A stretch of DNA of 64,000 bases from the human T2T-CHM13v2.0 reference genome, Homo sapiens: the NCBI RefSeq assembly GCF_009914755.1, contig NC_060928.1; one strand, given 5' to 3'. This document shows positions 14,516 to 29,269 of the stretch, piece by piece. Numbering within the stretch: position 1 is the stretch's first letter; each line of letters opens with the position of its first letter. The position numbers and the translations under genes were made by a program. The notes below the pieces were generated by a model. The model did no database searches, was not told the DNA's origin, and saw only the letters and a list, made by a program, of their open reading frames with translations.

Positions 14516-14584
14516 CTTCTCGGACAAACTATTTAGTGGAAAAGGCTTACATTTTCAGCCATCAGTTTTAGATTTTGGAATACA
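14516..14584 (+). CDS. TMEM131L: TMEM131L coding exon, 69 nt, phase 2/2 ([23 protein letters not shown])
   Basis: Polypyrimidine tract then tttag|C; donor CA|gtaagt; in frame with the next exon. Confidence 0.93.
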
Positions 14585-14718
14585 GTAAGTATCTTTTCTT
14601 TATAATTAAAACTCATTTTATTTATACTATTTATTTTCAGAATTTTTTTTACATATATGTACAATGTTAAATTTTAGGTATATTGATAATATGAAGGGAT
14701 ATTGATCCTGGGACTTAA

Positions 14719-15068
<350 letters not shown>

Positions 15069-15802
15069 TTCTTTAATTTTTAATAAGTATACCTTTTAAT
15101 ATTTTGTAGTGATTGAAATTTAATAAGTCAATGTTGTTTTTCCAAAACAAATCCGGTTATTTTATAATGAAAAACTAAATATTGATGGTCTCTGAATTTT
15201 TGTACACTAGATTCATTTGCTCACTTGGTTTTACTTCTTGCTGTGCCTTCTGGATTCAAAATTGCACCATGCTTACAGTTGTTAGGATTAAGACTTTGGA
15301 GACTCAAGATGGGGAAGGCAGTGCATAAACTGTAATGACTTTACAGTATCATGTAAAGAACCGCAAGATGAAGACAGTGTGATATGAGTGTCAGTTGAGG
15401 GCCTAACTTGGGAACCTGGAAAAATTAAGGAAGGGTGACGCTGTGGAGATGAAAGCAACATAAGGACTCTTGTTGTCCGTGATAAAGTTTGGATCTTCAA
15501 GTGTTAAGCTTCCTGGATGCAGAATATAGCGCATTGAAAAGAACTTCTAATTAGTAGTTTCAAGAGCGAGAGGTAAAAGCACTGCTTGTTTCCGGGGCTG
15601 GCAAATAACACTTCAATTTCATGGAGAGCCTTTTGAGTGACAAGCAAAGTTTTGTGAATGAAATAACCATGGCCGTAGGAGAGCATCTGGGCTGGGTTAG
15701 GGTGGGCTCCTGGTGTGCCCTCCTTTATGCATCTGGATTGCTTTACATTCCCTTCTAATCATCAAAATGTTAGAGCTGCAGTGAAGGAGAATGAACTTGG
15801 AA

Positions 15803-16098
15803 TTTTTTTTTTTTTTTTGAGACGGAGTCTTGCACTGTCACTTAGGCTGGAGTGCAGGGGCACAGTGTCGGCTCACTGCAGCCTCCGCCTGTTGGGTTCA
15901 AACGATTCTCCTGCCTCAGCCTCCTGAATAGGTGGGACTATGGGTGCCCGCCACCACGCCTGTAATTTTTGTATTTTTAGTAGAGACAGTGTTTTGCCAT
16001 GTTGGCCAGGCTAGTCTCAAACTCCTGACCTCAAGTGATACGCCCTCCTTGGCCTCTCAGAGTGCTGGGATTACAGGCATGAGCCACCGCACCCAGCC
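15803..16098 (-). mobile_element. AluS
   Basis: Full dimer; TSD tgaacttggaattt. Confidence 0.92.
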
Positions 16099-16369
16099 TG
16101 AACTTGGAATTTAAAAGGACCATGTTGAGCTTTTTAGAAAAAGATTCTATAAAGGGAAGAAGAGAAAACTGGGAGTTTGCCGACTTTATAAAATTCTAGG
16201 TGTCTGTTTTTTTGAGTTTTTATATTTTTACTCTTATGTAAAGAAAGTTTAATAGAAGCTGAATGCTTAGTAGTTTAGTTGATAATATAAATAAGCTGAA
16301 TTTATCATAACCTCATTGATTTTACATTCTGAGAGGGTGCTATAATTTTGTGAAAAATCTTTATTGTGA

Positions 16370-16718
<349 letters not shown>

Positions 16719-16864
16719 TTATAGATTGGTAGATAGAATAATAGTAGTAGTAAGTATAGCTATTAGGATAATAATTCCAGTTCATAGGTTCCTGGCTGTC
16801 TAAAATATTTACTCTTCAGTAACGTAAAAAAATCCTATAGTCGATGCACATGGGGGTATGTTTA

Positions 16865-17455
<591 letters not shown>

Positions 17456-20229
17456 TATATGATACACTTTTGTTAATTAGCAATATACATTAATCTCTGG
17501 TCCTAATAGTCGCATGCTGAGAGAATGCTGAAAGTCTTTGATTTGAAAGGATTTCTGATTTTTAGATGGAATCACCTTTGGAGGACTTAGTTACGTTTAT
17601 ATAATACTTTATGGTTCCCAAAGTGTAATCATGTCCGTTGTCATTTGAGTTTTATATCAGTCCAGTGAAGACAGGCATTATCTGAGTCTGTGTGTATCGT
17701 TTTCAAATATCTCTTTGTTTGAGCATGTACTACAAATGTGTTCATACATTTGTTGCTGAGAAGGAATGCCATTTGCTCAAGGTCATTTCACTACAAGTGG
17801 TAGAATAAATCTTCTGATTTCTAAGAGCACTCATAATGCTATTTTTCTTGTTAGTGAGATCTGGAATATGATTATGAGAATTAGTCATTTTGCTGAAGTT
17901 AAAAAAAAAAAAAACCTCAGAACAAACTTTAGCCTAAATTAGAACACATTTAAGATTAGTTGAGTTTTACCTTATGTCTGACAAATGGTCTAATATATAG
18001 ACATTAGAGTAAAACTTTAGCCTGAGGGTTCTCCTCCTGATTTCTTCGCTGTCCCAGTTCAGCTTTTGCTATGGTTTATTTTGATGTTGGCCTCGAGCAA
18101 ATCCCAACCCTCTTCATAGCTTTGATTTTCCTGGGGGGTTGTAAAATCGGGATCTTGTTACTCGGTTGCCTTCTGCCTACTTCTTAGGGCTTATGTGAAG
18201 GGTTAATATTCTGTTGGTCCTGAGATAAAAAGTGCTAATCATTCATAGAGATTTTAATCATTCTTTTGTAGTGTTAAATTAACAGAGTATCTTCCAGTTG
18301 TCACTAGTGAAGGAAATTTATATCCTCATAACACTTTTAAAAATAGAATCTAAAAAATAGAATAAAAATAGCAGTGGTGACTAGGCTTCAGCTGGCATTC
18401 TCTGTTAGGTCTGGAGAGATTTCTGGTGGTGCAGTCACTGGCTCTGTAGCATTGCTGTTTTGCATTCTTATTTTCTCATGTATTTCTCTGATAGACATTT
18501 GTATTCTTAGAAACCTTGTATTTCAATTATGTACATGGGATATAAAGCTTTGAGGATAAGTATTAATAACTTTGATGATTGATATTATTTACTTGAAACC
18601 CAAAACCTCAGAAGTCCTTATTTATTTAATTTTAATTGTGGGAAGAAAGGCAGATACAAGCCCACTGCTCTGAGGTAAGGCTTTTCTGAAGTGACCCTTT
18701 ATGTGTATGGTAGTGTTGAACATTTTTTAAAAAAATGGTATTACTTAAGAACACTTTGAAAAATCAGGATTTTAATCACATTGATGTTGGTATTTTATTT
18801 GTAATGGGATGTGAAGAACTACGTTTTGAAATACACATTGGATATATTAAACCTTTCGTTAAGACTAGTGATTAAAAGGAAGGGTGAAAGCCAAAAGAAA
18901 AATTCCAAGGATTTGATGGTAGTAATACAGTATTTTGGAAATCTCATTGTATATAAGAGAAGCAACATCCATTTCATGTTTCCTAAAGGATACATTTTTA
19001 ATATCAAAGATTTTACCTAATTTTACGGAATTCATTCATTATGCTGATATTTTTCCAATTTTATTCCAATTATAGATATAATTCATTCAGCTTAAATTAG
19101 AATATAATTTTATTTCTAGGCCATCCGAATGACAGCTGTATATTTGGCTCTCTCTGCCACTGAGGCTATTAAAACTGAAGAAATGACTTTAGTGAAATTT
19201 TTGCTGGCTCCCTGTTCATTGCAACATAATTGAACAAGACTGAATTTGGTCTTGAGCAGTAGGAATCAGAGTTAAGTGATTAGAGGGAGCATTGTAGGTG
19301 GCTCCAGGTAGGTGGGCCTGAGCCCAGCTCCTTTCCTCTTGGCAATTCCTTTATCAGAGCCGAGACATTGGAGGTGGAGAGTGCTGCTGAAAAGAATGGG
19401 TATCAAACCCTTCATGAATTAGTGTATTTGCCACGGAGCAGGGATTCTTACTCTGAGGTTTGTGGAAGGTTTTGAAGCTGTGTATGAAACTTTTCGTAAG
19501 TGTATGTTTGTGGAGGGAAGAGCCAGAGCTTTCATCAGAGTTTTTGGAAAGGCTCATAATTTAAATGGATGAGAACCTCTGCTGCAAAGTGCTGCCGGAT
19601 TTTCAGTTTTCTCAAAAGAATAGCCTTTAGCCATAATTAAGTTTTCCTTTTCTAAGACCTAATAAAATAACATCTCTTTGTGAGCTGAAAATACATACCT
19701 CCCCAAAAAGTCTCTTTTACTCAGAAAACATAACCCTAAGAAAAATTGGGTTTTTCTGTGAGTACAGTTTCTTACCTAAACATATTTTCGTTTGTTTCAA
19801 TATTTTCGAATGAATATTTCAGTGAATTTTCATTCATACTTTCATTGAATTATTCAACATATTTTCATTGAATTAGAGACCCAGGTCCGAGAAGTGCCAG
19901 TGAGTGCCTACATGTGTTTTGTTTTGTTTTTTTGCAAGCATTTTAATGGCCTAGATGGGTTAAATTTTTCTAACACTGAAACCAATGGAGTGCTACTGTG
20001 GGTTGGCCTAAGCCTTATAAAATAAAGTTGTTTTTTGTTTTATGACTTTTGACTGTTGTGAATTGAATGCTTTATTACCAACACGATTGGATAATTTAAC
20101 TTTGTGATGAACAGCAACAGCTTTCTGGGTTTAAAAATCTGTGTGTATATATATAATAATACATATATATGTATGGTAATATTTATAACCACACAATACA
20201 TTGATTTTTCTCTTTGTTTCTCCTCCTAG

Positions 20230-20353
20230 GTTCCTGGGACATCCTGTAGCAAAGATTCTCCATGCTTACAACCCTAGTAGGGACAGCGAGGTTGTGGTGA
20301 ATTCAGTGTTTGCAGCTGCTGGACATTTCCATGTACCGCCAGTTCCCTGCAGG
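20230..20353 (+). CDS. TMEM131L: TMEM131L coding exon, 124 nt ([41 protein letters not shown])
   Basis: ctcctcctag|G ... AGG|gtgggt; lies within ORF 20201..20545. Confidence 0.95.
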
Positions 20354-21408
20354 GTGGGTGTTGATGGACTCCTGGAAACTATGCCGTGGCAGGCAGCCAG
20401 GTTTTCTTGCTTTCTTTGGCCTGAAGTTTTTACTTTCTGCTCCCTGTCTCCCGCTTTTTCTGGTACCCAAACCTTTTCCTTCTGTGTGTTTACCTTAGCA
20501 TTTACTTTTCCAGTTGCTCATTTTTATAATTTTGGTGGCTCTTGATATCTACTGGGGCCGGGGGGAGGTGGGGGGTTGGGGGAGAGTTTGAAGGCTCTCA
20601 GCTGTGTAGTAATGTATGTATATTTAACATGGCTCTATTGTGACTAAGGAAAGTTTATATTACTTGTCTTGAAATGACTCCAAATTCTGAGGCATTTAGT
20701 AACTAATACAAGTTTATGGTTGAGACCTCTTCCATCTCTCAAGCCTACTAGGAAAGTTAGGTCTCCTTTCTAAATCCAGAACTGCAAGGTATAGTGAATG
20801 GCTCCTTGTAAAGCTGATTGGCACCATAACACAGAGCTCAAACTTAGTCTTCTAATAGTTTTAATTTCAGTGGTCTTTAACATTTAGTGAAGATCCTAAT
20901 TGCTAGTAGGCTTTTATTTATTTTGCTTACTATGTCTGCCTGATATTATGTACTTAAAAAAAAAACTAGGACTAAGGATATGTTGTAAGGGGAAGCCCAA
21001 TATTTGGTTTATGACAGTCTGTCTGGGTAAACGTTGTTCCTGATTTTTATTACATATCAACATGTTTGCACGTTGGTTATTGTCTATATTTAAGTAGAGA
21101 TAGAACTGTGTTAGCTAAAGACAGTTGGACCTGTGGAGGTGGAAGAGGAGGGGAAGGAAAGATGTGAGACTCACAGCTCCAGTCTGAAGCGAAAGGATTC
21201 ATCCTAAGTTAGTGGTAATATTTGCTATATCTAAGAGCAGATAATTGGATGCTGATCAGTTTGGGGATTCTTAGGGATTCATAATACTGATAAGGGTGCA
21301 CAATATACAAATGTCTGTTAACAGAAATTGTCAAAAAAAGAAAGTCTGTGAAAGACAGTTTATCAAAGGAGGCCATTCCAAGTGGCTGACTGGGGACCTT
21401 TCTTTCAG

Positions 21409-21525
21409 GTAATTCCAGCAATGGGGAAAACTTCCTTCAGAATTATTTTCTTACCTACTGAAGAAGGAAGCATTGAAAGTTCCTTATTTATTAATACCTC
21501 TTCGTATGGAGTCCTTTCCTATCAT
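21409..21525 (+). CDS. TMEM131L: TMEM131L coding exon, 117 nt, phase 0/0 ([39 protein letters not shown])
   Basis: tctttcag|GTA ... CAT|gtgagt. Confidence 0.95.
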
Positions 21526-22239
21526 GTGAGTAACTTTTTCCTTTTGTCACAACTTTGGTTGGTGACTTAACTGTAGGGGTGTGTGTGTATATTTTTAAAA
21601 AGACTTTTGGAAATGTTGTCACCTGGTTTATGTCGTTAAAATACAAGACTGTTAGTGATGTTAAAATCATCAGCATTCACCCTTTTCTGCCTGACATGCC
21701 ACAGTTGGCTGGCTTTCCTACTGATGACGGAGCTATAGTCCTACTGTGGGTCTTTGGAGGATACTAGAACAAAGCAAAGCAATCTGTCACACAGTTTCCC
21801 ATCATAAAATACAGAAGGCTTTCAAAACTCATGGCTCTCACCTCACGGGCGTTCAGAAGGAGGTGCTCTAAGGACAGTCTCTAGTGATTTTGCCTACCTT
21901 CCCTCTTTGGCTCAGGAATATTTCTAATTAGGAGACATTGATTGTGTGCTTGGAGGCTGGTTCCAAGGGAGCTCACTATTCATATCAAGGTACCAGGAAG
22001 GGAGCTTGAAGAATCTTGTTGCTATTCTCAGAAATAGGAATCTTTACCTTAAATGGTACCTGATATGGCATTTAACAAGATCTGGCATCAAGTAATTTAA
22101 GTTCCAAGATCAGTAATTTTTGTGGTTATTTCTTACTGGATTCCATTAAAGAGGTCCCATATCAGAAGAGTTGCCTACTTGTGAACAGATTTGCTACAGT
22201 GAGGAACATTCAGCTTAAATACAGCATTCTAATCTGTTT

Positions 22240-22513
22240 CATTTTTTATTTTTTAGTTTTTGAGGCAGGGTCTCACTTTGTTGCCCAGGCTGGAGTGCAG
22301 TGGTGTGATCAGGCTGACTGCAGCCACCTCCCAGGCACAAGCGATTCTCCTGCCTCAGCCTCCCACCACTGCCTGGCTAATTTTTGTATTTTTAGCAGAA
22401 ACAGGCTTTCACCATGTTGGCCAGGCTGGTCTCAAACTCCTGTCCTCAAATGATCCACCTCCCTGGGCCTCCCAAAGTGTTGGGATTACAGGCGTGAGCC
22501 ACCGTGCTCAGCC
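22240..22513 (-). mobile_element. Alu with internal deletions
   Basis: Antisense Alu; right arm is missing segments. Confidence 0.88.
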
Positions 22514-22700
22514 AGCATTCTGCATTTCTGAAACATTCATTGTGTTTTTTGTAGACAAAGATAAATAAAATAATTGGATTAGTAGAGTCTTGAAGGCCAT
22601 GCTGATGAATACAGATTTCCTTTGGAGACGTGCTTTAGCATTATGGCAAATGTGTTTTAAAACTCTTAACAGAGGAGCAATTCTCTCTCTTTTTCCGCAG

Positions 22701-22811
22701 GTATCTGGAATTGGCACTCGCAGAATCTCTACAGAAGGGTCTGCAAAGCAGCTACCAAATGCTTATTTTCTGCTTCCAAAGGTCCAGAGCATTCAGCTGT
22801 CTCAAATGCAG
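22701..22811 (+). CDS. TMEM131L: TMEM131L coding exon, 111 nt, phase 0/0 ([37 protein letters not shown])
   Basis: ttttccgcag|GTA ... CAG|gtcatt. Confidence 0.93.
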
Positions 22812-23539
22812 GTCATTTTAATAGATTTACTTTGAATGCTGGTGGCCACCAAACTTTGTAACCTTCTCAGAATTGGTTATTTTACTATTTTCTGCTTTTT
22901 GAAAAAATTATATAGAAGTAATATACATATATAAAATATCAGTGGATTCCACCTAACTTCTTTTTAATGGCTGTGGAGTTCACAGTGTTGATATTCCAGA
23001 GTTTGCTTAATCTTATTGGTGGTCTTTTGAAATGTTTCCTGTTTTTCACTGTTATTACCGTTAGGCCATATACCTATTTTATAAGTTTCTTTAATTTTCC
23101 TTCTGAATCCTCTGTTTCCTTGGGGCATGTTTCATAAAGAGGAGAGATTCTTTAGTTAAAGACTGTGAACGATTTTGTAGAGCTTGTTAAATCTTACCAG
23201 CTTGCTTTTCAGGGAGGCAGCCCCCATGGTCACAAGTAATAACAGGCCCCTAAGGATGTCCTGCTTTTAGCCCTGCCCGGATGGGGCTTGGTGGGAAGAA
23301 CTATTTCTGATGTTATAGTAGATGTATAATGATAAGTTTAAATTCTTTTAATATACATTTCATGAATCATTTTATAGGGTTGGCTACTTTTTCCCTTTGA
23401 TTATCCATATTTCCTTGTAACTGGATAATTTTATAATTGAGAAAAGCTCTTGAACCAATATATTATGAAACTTACCTCTTCTTTCTGATTGGTAAATAAA
23501 GAACATTGCTTAGAATTTGTAGTCAGTACCATTAGTACC

Positions 23540-24750
23540 TGGGGCTTTCATTCATTCAGCGGTTTTCCTGAGCCTCTGCTTTGTGCCAGGCCTTGGTCTA
23601 GAGTTTGTATCTGCGTAGAGCCTACATTCCAGTTGGGGAGAAGAACCAAATTAATTTACCTCTAGGATTATATCTGGAATCTTTATCACCAAGTACATAA
23701 TTCTTAGGGATCTTAAATCATATTTTTATTTTTATAAAATGGAAAAGCCCCTCCTTGCAGAATTTTAAGGAAGACTTCTTTTAATTTGCAAATTTATATT
23801 TGGTTTAAATCCTAAAACCAGGGGGGATGTGTTGAAAGGTTTTAAGCAGGAGACTGATACTGATGTGCTGTGGCTTGCATTTTTGGAGGGCCAGATGCCT
23901 CATCAGTGGAGATCTAAATATTGGAATAGAGACAGGTATTCAGAATACCTTAGTTATTGGGGGTTAATGTAAGGATAAGTGGAATGAAGGGAGAGAGGAA
24001 ACTGACTCTGCAGGCCTCCTAGAGAGCTAGAACAGCGTACCCATTCTCTCATCCCCCTGGCCTGGCAGATCCTGCGTACTTCTCATGATGCCCACTGCCC
24101 TTTACCACACCCAGGACATCCTCATCTCTCTGATGGCCAACTGATAGTATCCCATTAACTGCCAGGATCTACTTTAGTCCCTTCCTACCTCTTTCCAAAA
24201 AATTCAAGTTGGACCCCATTAGTCCCCTGCTTGAAACCCTTCAGTGCATTCCCATAGGTCTTAGAATTTAAACCAAATCCCGCTTATGGCTGTAAGACCT
24301 GCGTGGTGTGGCTGCTGTCTCTCTTCAGCCCCAGTGCTCACCACCTGTTCTTGGTCTCTAGTTCATGGCCACAAGAGCCTTCCCCCGCTCACTTGTGCAA
24401 TGCCGTTTTCCCTCCTGCCACAGGTCCCTTGTGTCTGCAATGTTCTCAACCTCCACCTCCAATTTTCTCCAAATTAACCCTTATTTCATCCTTCCTTTTT
24501 CAACTCACACTTGAGCTCTTCAGGGACTTTTGCGTCTCTCCCCATCCTAATTTCTGCTCCCATATTTATCTAGACTTCCGCTCCCATACTTATATCCATT
24601 AAATAATCACATGCCCACATGATGTAATTGCTTCACTATTCTTTTCATCACCCATGGAATGGAAGCTCCATGAGAACAGGGACCATCTGATTGAGCTTCC
24701 CGTTGTACTCCCTGCACCTCACCTGGGAAGCAGTGGTTGAGTGGAGTTTT
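23540..24750. mobile_element. L2 fragments (approximate)
   Basis: ttcattcattcagc, gcttgaaacccttcagtgcattcccatag, ggaagctccatgagaacagggacc motifs. Confidence 0.55.
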
Positions 24751-24889
24751 GGCCTGAGGTAGCTCTGGGGCTGTCCTCACAGGCCACGTCTCTGTCTCTC
24801 CCTGCACTGTAGCCTACCTTGGCAGTGCCTTGGCTTTTCTTGGTCTTTGTTTCTGCTTCAGAAGATACCCAAACTCTGTTTCTTTTCTT

Positions 24890-26100
24890 TTTTGTATTTT
24901 TAAAATGTATTTTGTAAACAGTGTTATGAAATATAATTCACATACCACAAAATCTGCCCACTTAAAGTGTACCATTCAGTGGGTTTTAGTATATCCAAAG
25001 TTGTGCAGCCCTCACGATCACTGTCTAATTTTAGAACATTTTCATTGCCTCAGTCTCTTACTTTCTGTCTCTAAAGATTTGTCTATTTTGAACATCTTAT
25101 ATAAATGAAATGTATGGTCTTTTGTGATTGGCATCTTTCCCTTAGCATGTTTTCAGTTTCATCCATGTATTTCATTCCTTTTTATTGCAAATAATACACA
25201 TTGTAGGATATGCCACATTTTGCATAACCATTCATCAATTGGTGGACATTTGCGTTGTTTCTACTCTGGCTATTATGAATGACATTCTTGTGTAAGTTTG
25301 GGTGGACATATCTTTCATATCTTTTCTCTTAGGTGTATATTTAGGAGTGGAATTTTGCTGGGTCATATGGTAATTCCATGTTTAACATTTTGAGGAACTG
25401 TAAAACTGTTTTCTAAAGTGGTTGCATCATTTTACAATCCCACTAGCAATGAGGATTCCAGTCTTCTACAACTTTGCCAACACTTGTCTTCCATTTTTGT
25501 TTGTTTTTTAAATAGCCATCTTACTGAGCATGAAGTGGTATCTCATGTGGTTTTGATTTGCATTTTTGTAATGACTAATGACATGGAGCATCTTTTCATG
25601 TGCTCAGTGGCCATTTGTATATCGTCTTTGGGGAAGTGGTTGTTCATATCCTTTGCACATTTTAAAATTGTGTTTGTCTTTTTATTGTTGAGTAGTAAAT
25701 GTATTAAATTCTGGACATTGGACCTTTATCAGGTACATGGTTTGCAAATATTTTCTCCCTTTCTATAGGTTGTCTTTTCATTTTCTTGATGATGCCCTTT
25801 GAAGTACAAAAGATTTAAATTTTGATGAAGTCAAGTTTTTCTGTTTTTCTTTTTTCACTTTATGATTTTAATATTATATCTAAAAAGGCCTAATGTTGTG
25901 AAGCTTTACTCCTATGTTTTCTTCTAAAGTTTTATAGTTTACATTTAGGTTTATGACCCATCCTCACTTTAAGTTTTAGCATATGGTGTGAGGAAGGGAT
26001 TCATTTTCATTCTTTTGCATGTAGATGTCTGGTAGTTCCAGTACCATTTGTTGAAAAGACAGTTCTTTGTACATTGAATTGTCTTGGTATCCTTGTTGAC
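24890..26100 (-). mobile_element. L1M (L1MB-like) 3' fragment
   Basis: Typical antisense L1 text: gtggtatctcatgtggttttgatttgcattt, gcaaatattttctccc, taccatttgttgaaaagac. Confidence 0.85.
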
Positions 26101-26485
26101 CTCTCATCTGTGGCCCCATTCCTGGCTCTAGATTCTCTCCTTCATTTTTCATTTATCCAAGGATCTGTGAGTTTAGTTAAGTCACTTTCTAAGGCTGCTC
26201 CTTTTGCCCATAGTTCTCTCCCATTAGTCAAAAATAGTTATTGAACATTATTTATTGAGTGTTCCAGTAAATGATAGGGCAATGAACACACACAGTGTCC
26301 CTACTCTTGTGGTGTTACGGTATAAAATACTTCAGAGTTTGTAGATGAAACTTAATTTTTTTGGCTGGTCTTTTCTTAGAAACCAGTATTTAAAAATCTG
26401 AATATCAAAAAAAAAAAAACCTCTTAAAAGTCAGTTATTTTAATTTCTTTCACTTTTACTGTGATTTAAGAAAATAAATTTTAAA

Positions 26486-26879
<394 letters not shown>

Positions 26880-27897
26880 CTATAATATTTCTGCATCTAA
26901 ATTGCATACATTATGTGAGTTATTTCTTGTATTTTAAGTGGCTATAAAGTTGTCAACTGTTCTTAGAAAGGAATGTCTTTATTTTGATATTCTACGGGTT
27001 TTATGTTTTTTACTCTCTGCCTGTTGTCAAGAGCCCATTGTCCAGGGTTGGGGAGTTAGTGGATTGAGGAGGTCAGACTTCAAAGAGGATAAGAGGGTGT
27101 GGAAGGTACCAAAGGCATAATTGCCTCTTCTCCAGTATAGAGCTAGAAAGTATATCTGATAGAAAGCTAAGCAAGAAGGTTTAGACAGAAATATGTCATC
27201 AGCTTTTCTTTAACTTGTTCCCTTAGTGCCATGTGAAGAGAAAATAACTCTGTTTGGTTTAGGAATAAAATTTGAAATTGAGAGAAGAAATACTGTTGTT
27301 TTATGTACGTCAGTTGAATCATTATGAAAAAGAAAACTGAGACTAAGATGATAGTAGTAATTTAAAAGTATTTTCACTGAAACAATAGGGCCATCTAATT
27401 TTTAGATTTTTATATGTGAGTGGGTAAAAAGTACAGGCTGATTATATGTTTGGGTCTGCCTTACATATGGGTCTAAATATGGATTTTAGTATAATTCATT
27501 GAATATTTAAAAAATTATCTGGCTTCAGCATAGGCAGAGGGTAGAAAGGCATGTACCCAAGGATCCCTGAACATAAATAGTCTGGAAGGTGAAGGTTCCA
27601 AAATTTGCAGGTACTGCTTGACTCATCCATCTGTGAAATGCTGATCAGAGAAGGAAAAACAGCAGGAATATTTTATAAAACTGTGGAGCATGGATTGTAA
27701 AATGGGAGATGTGCTTGATGTAGTATGTTGAGGACACATAATTCAAATGGCATTTAAAAGATCGTTATGAGTTATCTGTTGCAAAACTTGAAATTTGGGT
27801 TGCCAGAATAATCTCAGAAGGTAACTGATCTTTTGCTGCTGCAAACTTAGCAAAATTCAATCATGAGAAAGGAAAGCAGTGAGAAAACGGATATGTA

Positions 27898-27900
<3 letters not shown>

Positions 27901-27932
<32 letters not shown>

Positions 27933-28212
27933 AGACAGGGTCTCGCTCTGTCACCTAGGCTGGAGTACAGTGCTACTGTCTCAGCTCACTGCGACTTCAG
28001 CCTCCTGAGCTCGACCCGTCCTCCTGCCTCAGCCTCCCGAGTAGGTGAGATCACAGGTGCATGCTACCACGCCCAGCTAATTTTTGTATTTTTTGTAGAG
28101 ACAAGATTTTGCCATGTTGCCCTGCCTGGTCTCAAACTCTTGGACTCATTGATCCACCCACCTCGGCTTTTCAAAGTGCTGGGATTACAGGTGTAAACCA
28201 CCACGCCTGGCC
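27901..28212 (-). mobile_element. AluJ with T31 tail
   Basis: Full antisense dimer. Confidence 0.9.
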
Positions 28213-28319
28213 TGGATGTGTGATTTTGTGTGCAGCGTTGTGATATACACGAACCACGTGTGGTATTTCTCTTCACATTTATTACAACACTGCACACAAA
28301 GATATGCATTCAGTTTTTC

Positions 28320-28945
<626 letters not shown>

Positions 28946-29269
28946 TGACCATGTGGACCAAGATAATAGGAAAACATGGAGTTAAGATTGCTTTTTTAAA
29001 CCTTGTCATTTGGTCCTTCTTTTTTATTGTTTTGACCTTCATGCAGAGAGAATTCCTAGTGATGAAAGTCACTGTCGTGGTGGGTCTGAATGACAGGCTG
29101 AGGCTCTCCTCCTTTTGTTGCATTCTTCTTGTTGTTTGTCACTTGGTTTTCTTCCAGTCATTCTCTTTCTGCTCCAGTTCACATGTCACTCTGCTGCTGG
29201 TGATGTCATGTTACACAAAACTGTTTGTTAATTCCCTGGCCACTGGATTAGCTGAGCCCTCTCTTGTTT

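Noticed and set aside
25418-25768. Hydrophobic 116-aa ORF resembling a membrane protein
   Set aside because: It is the antisense reading of an L1 fragment.
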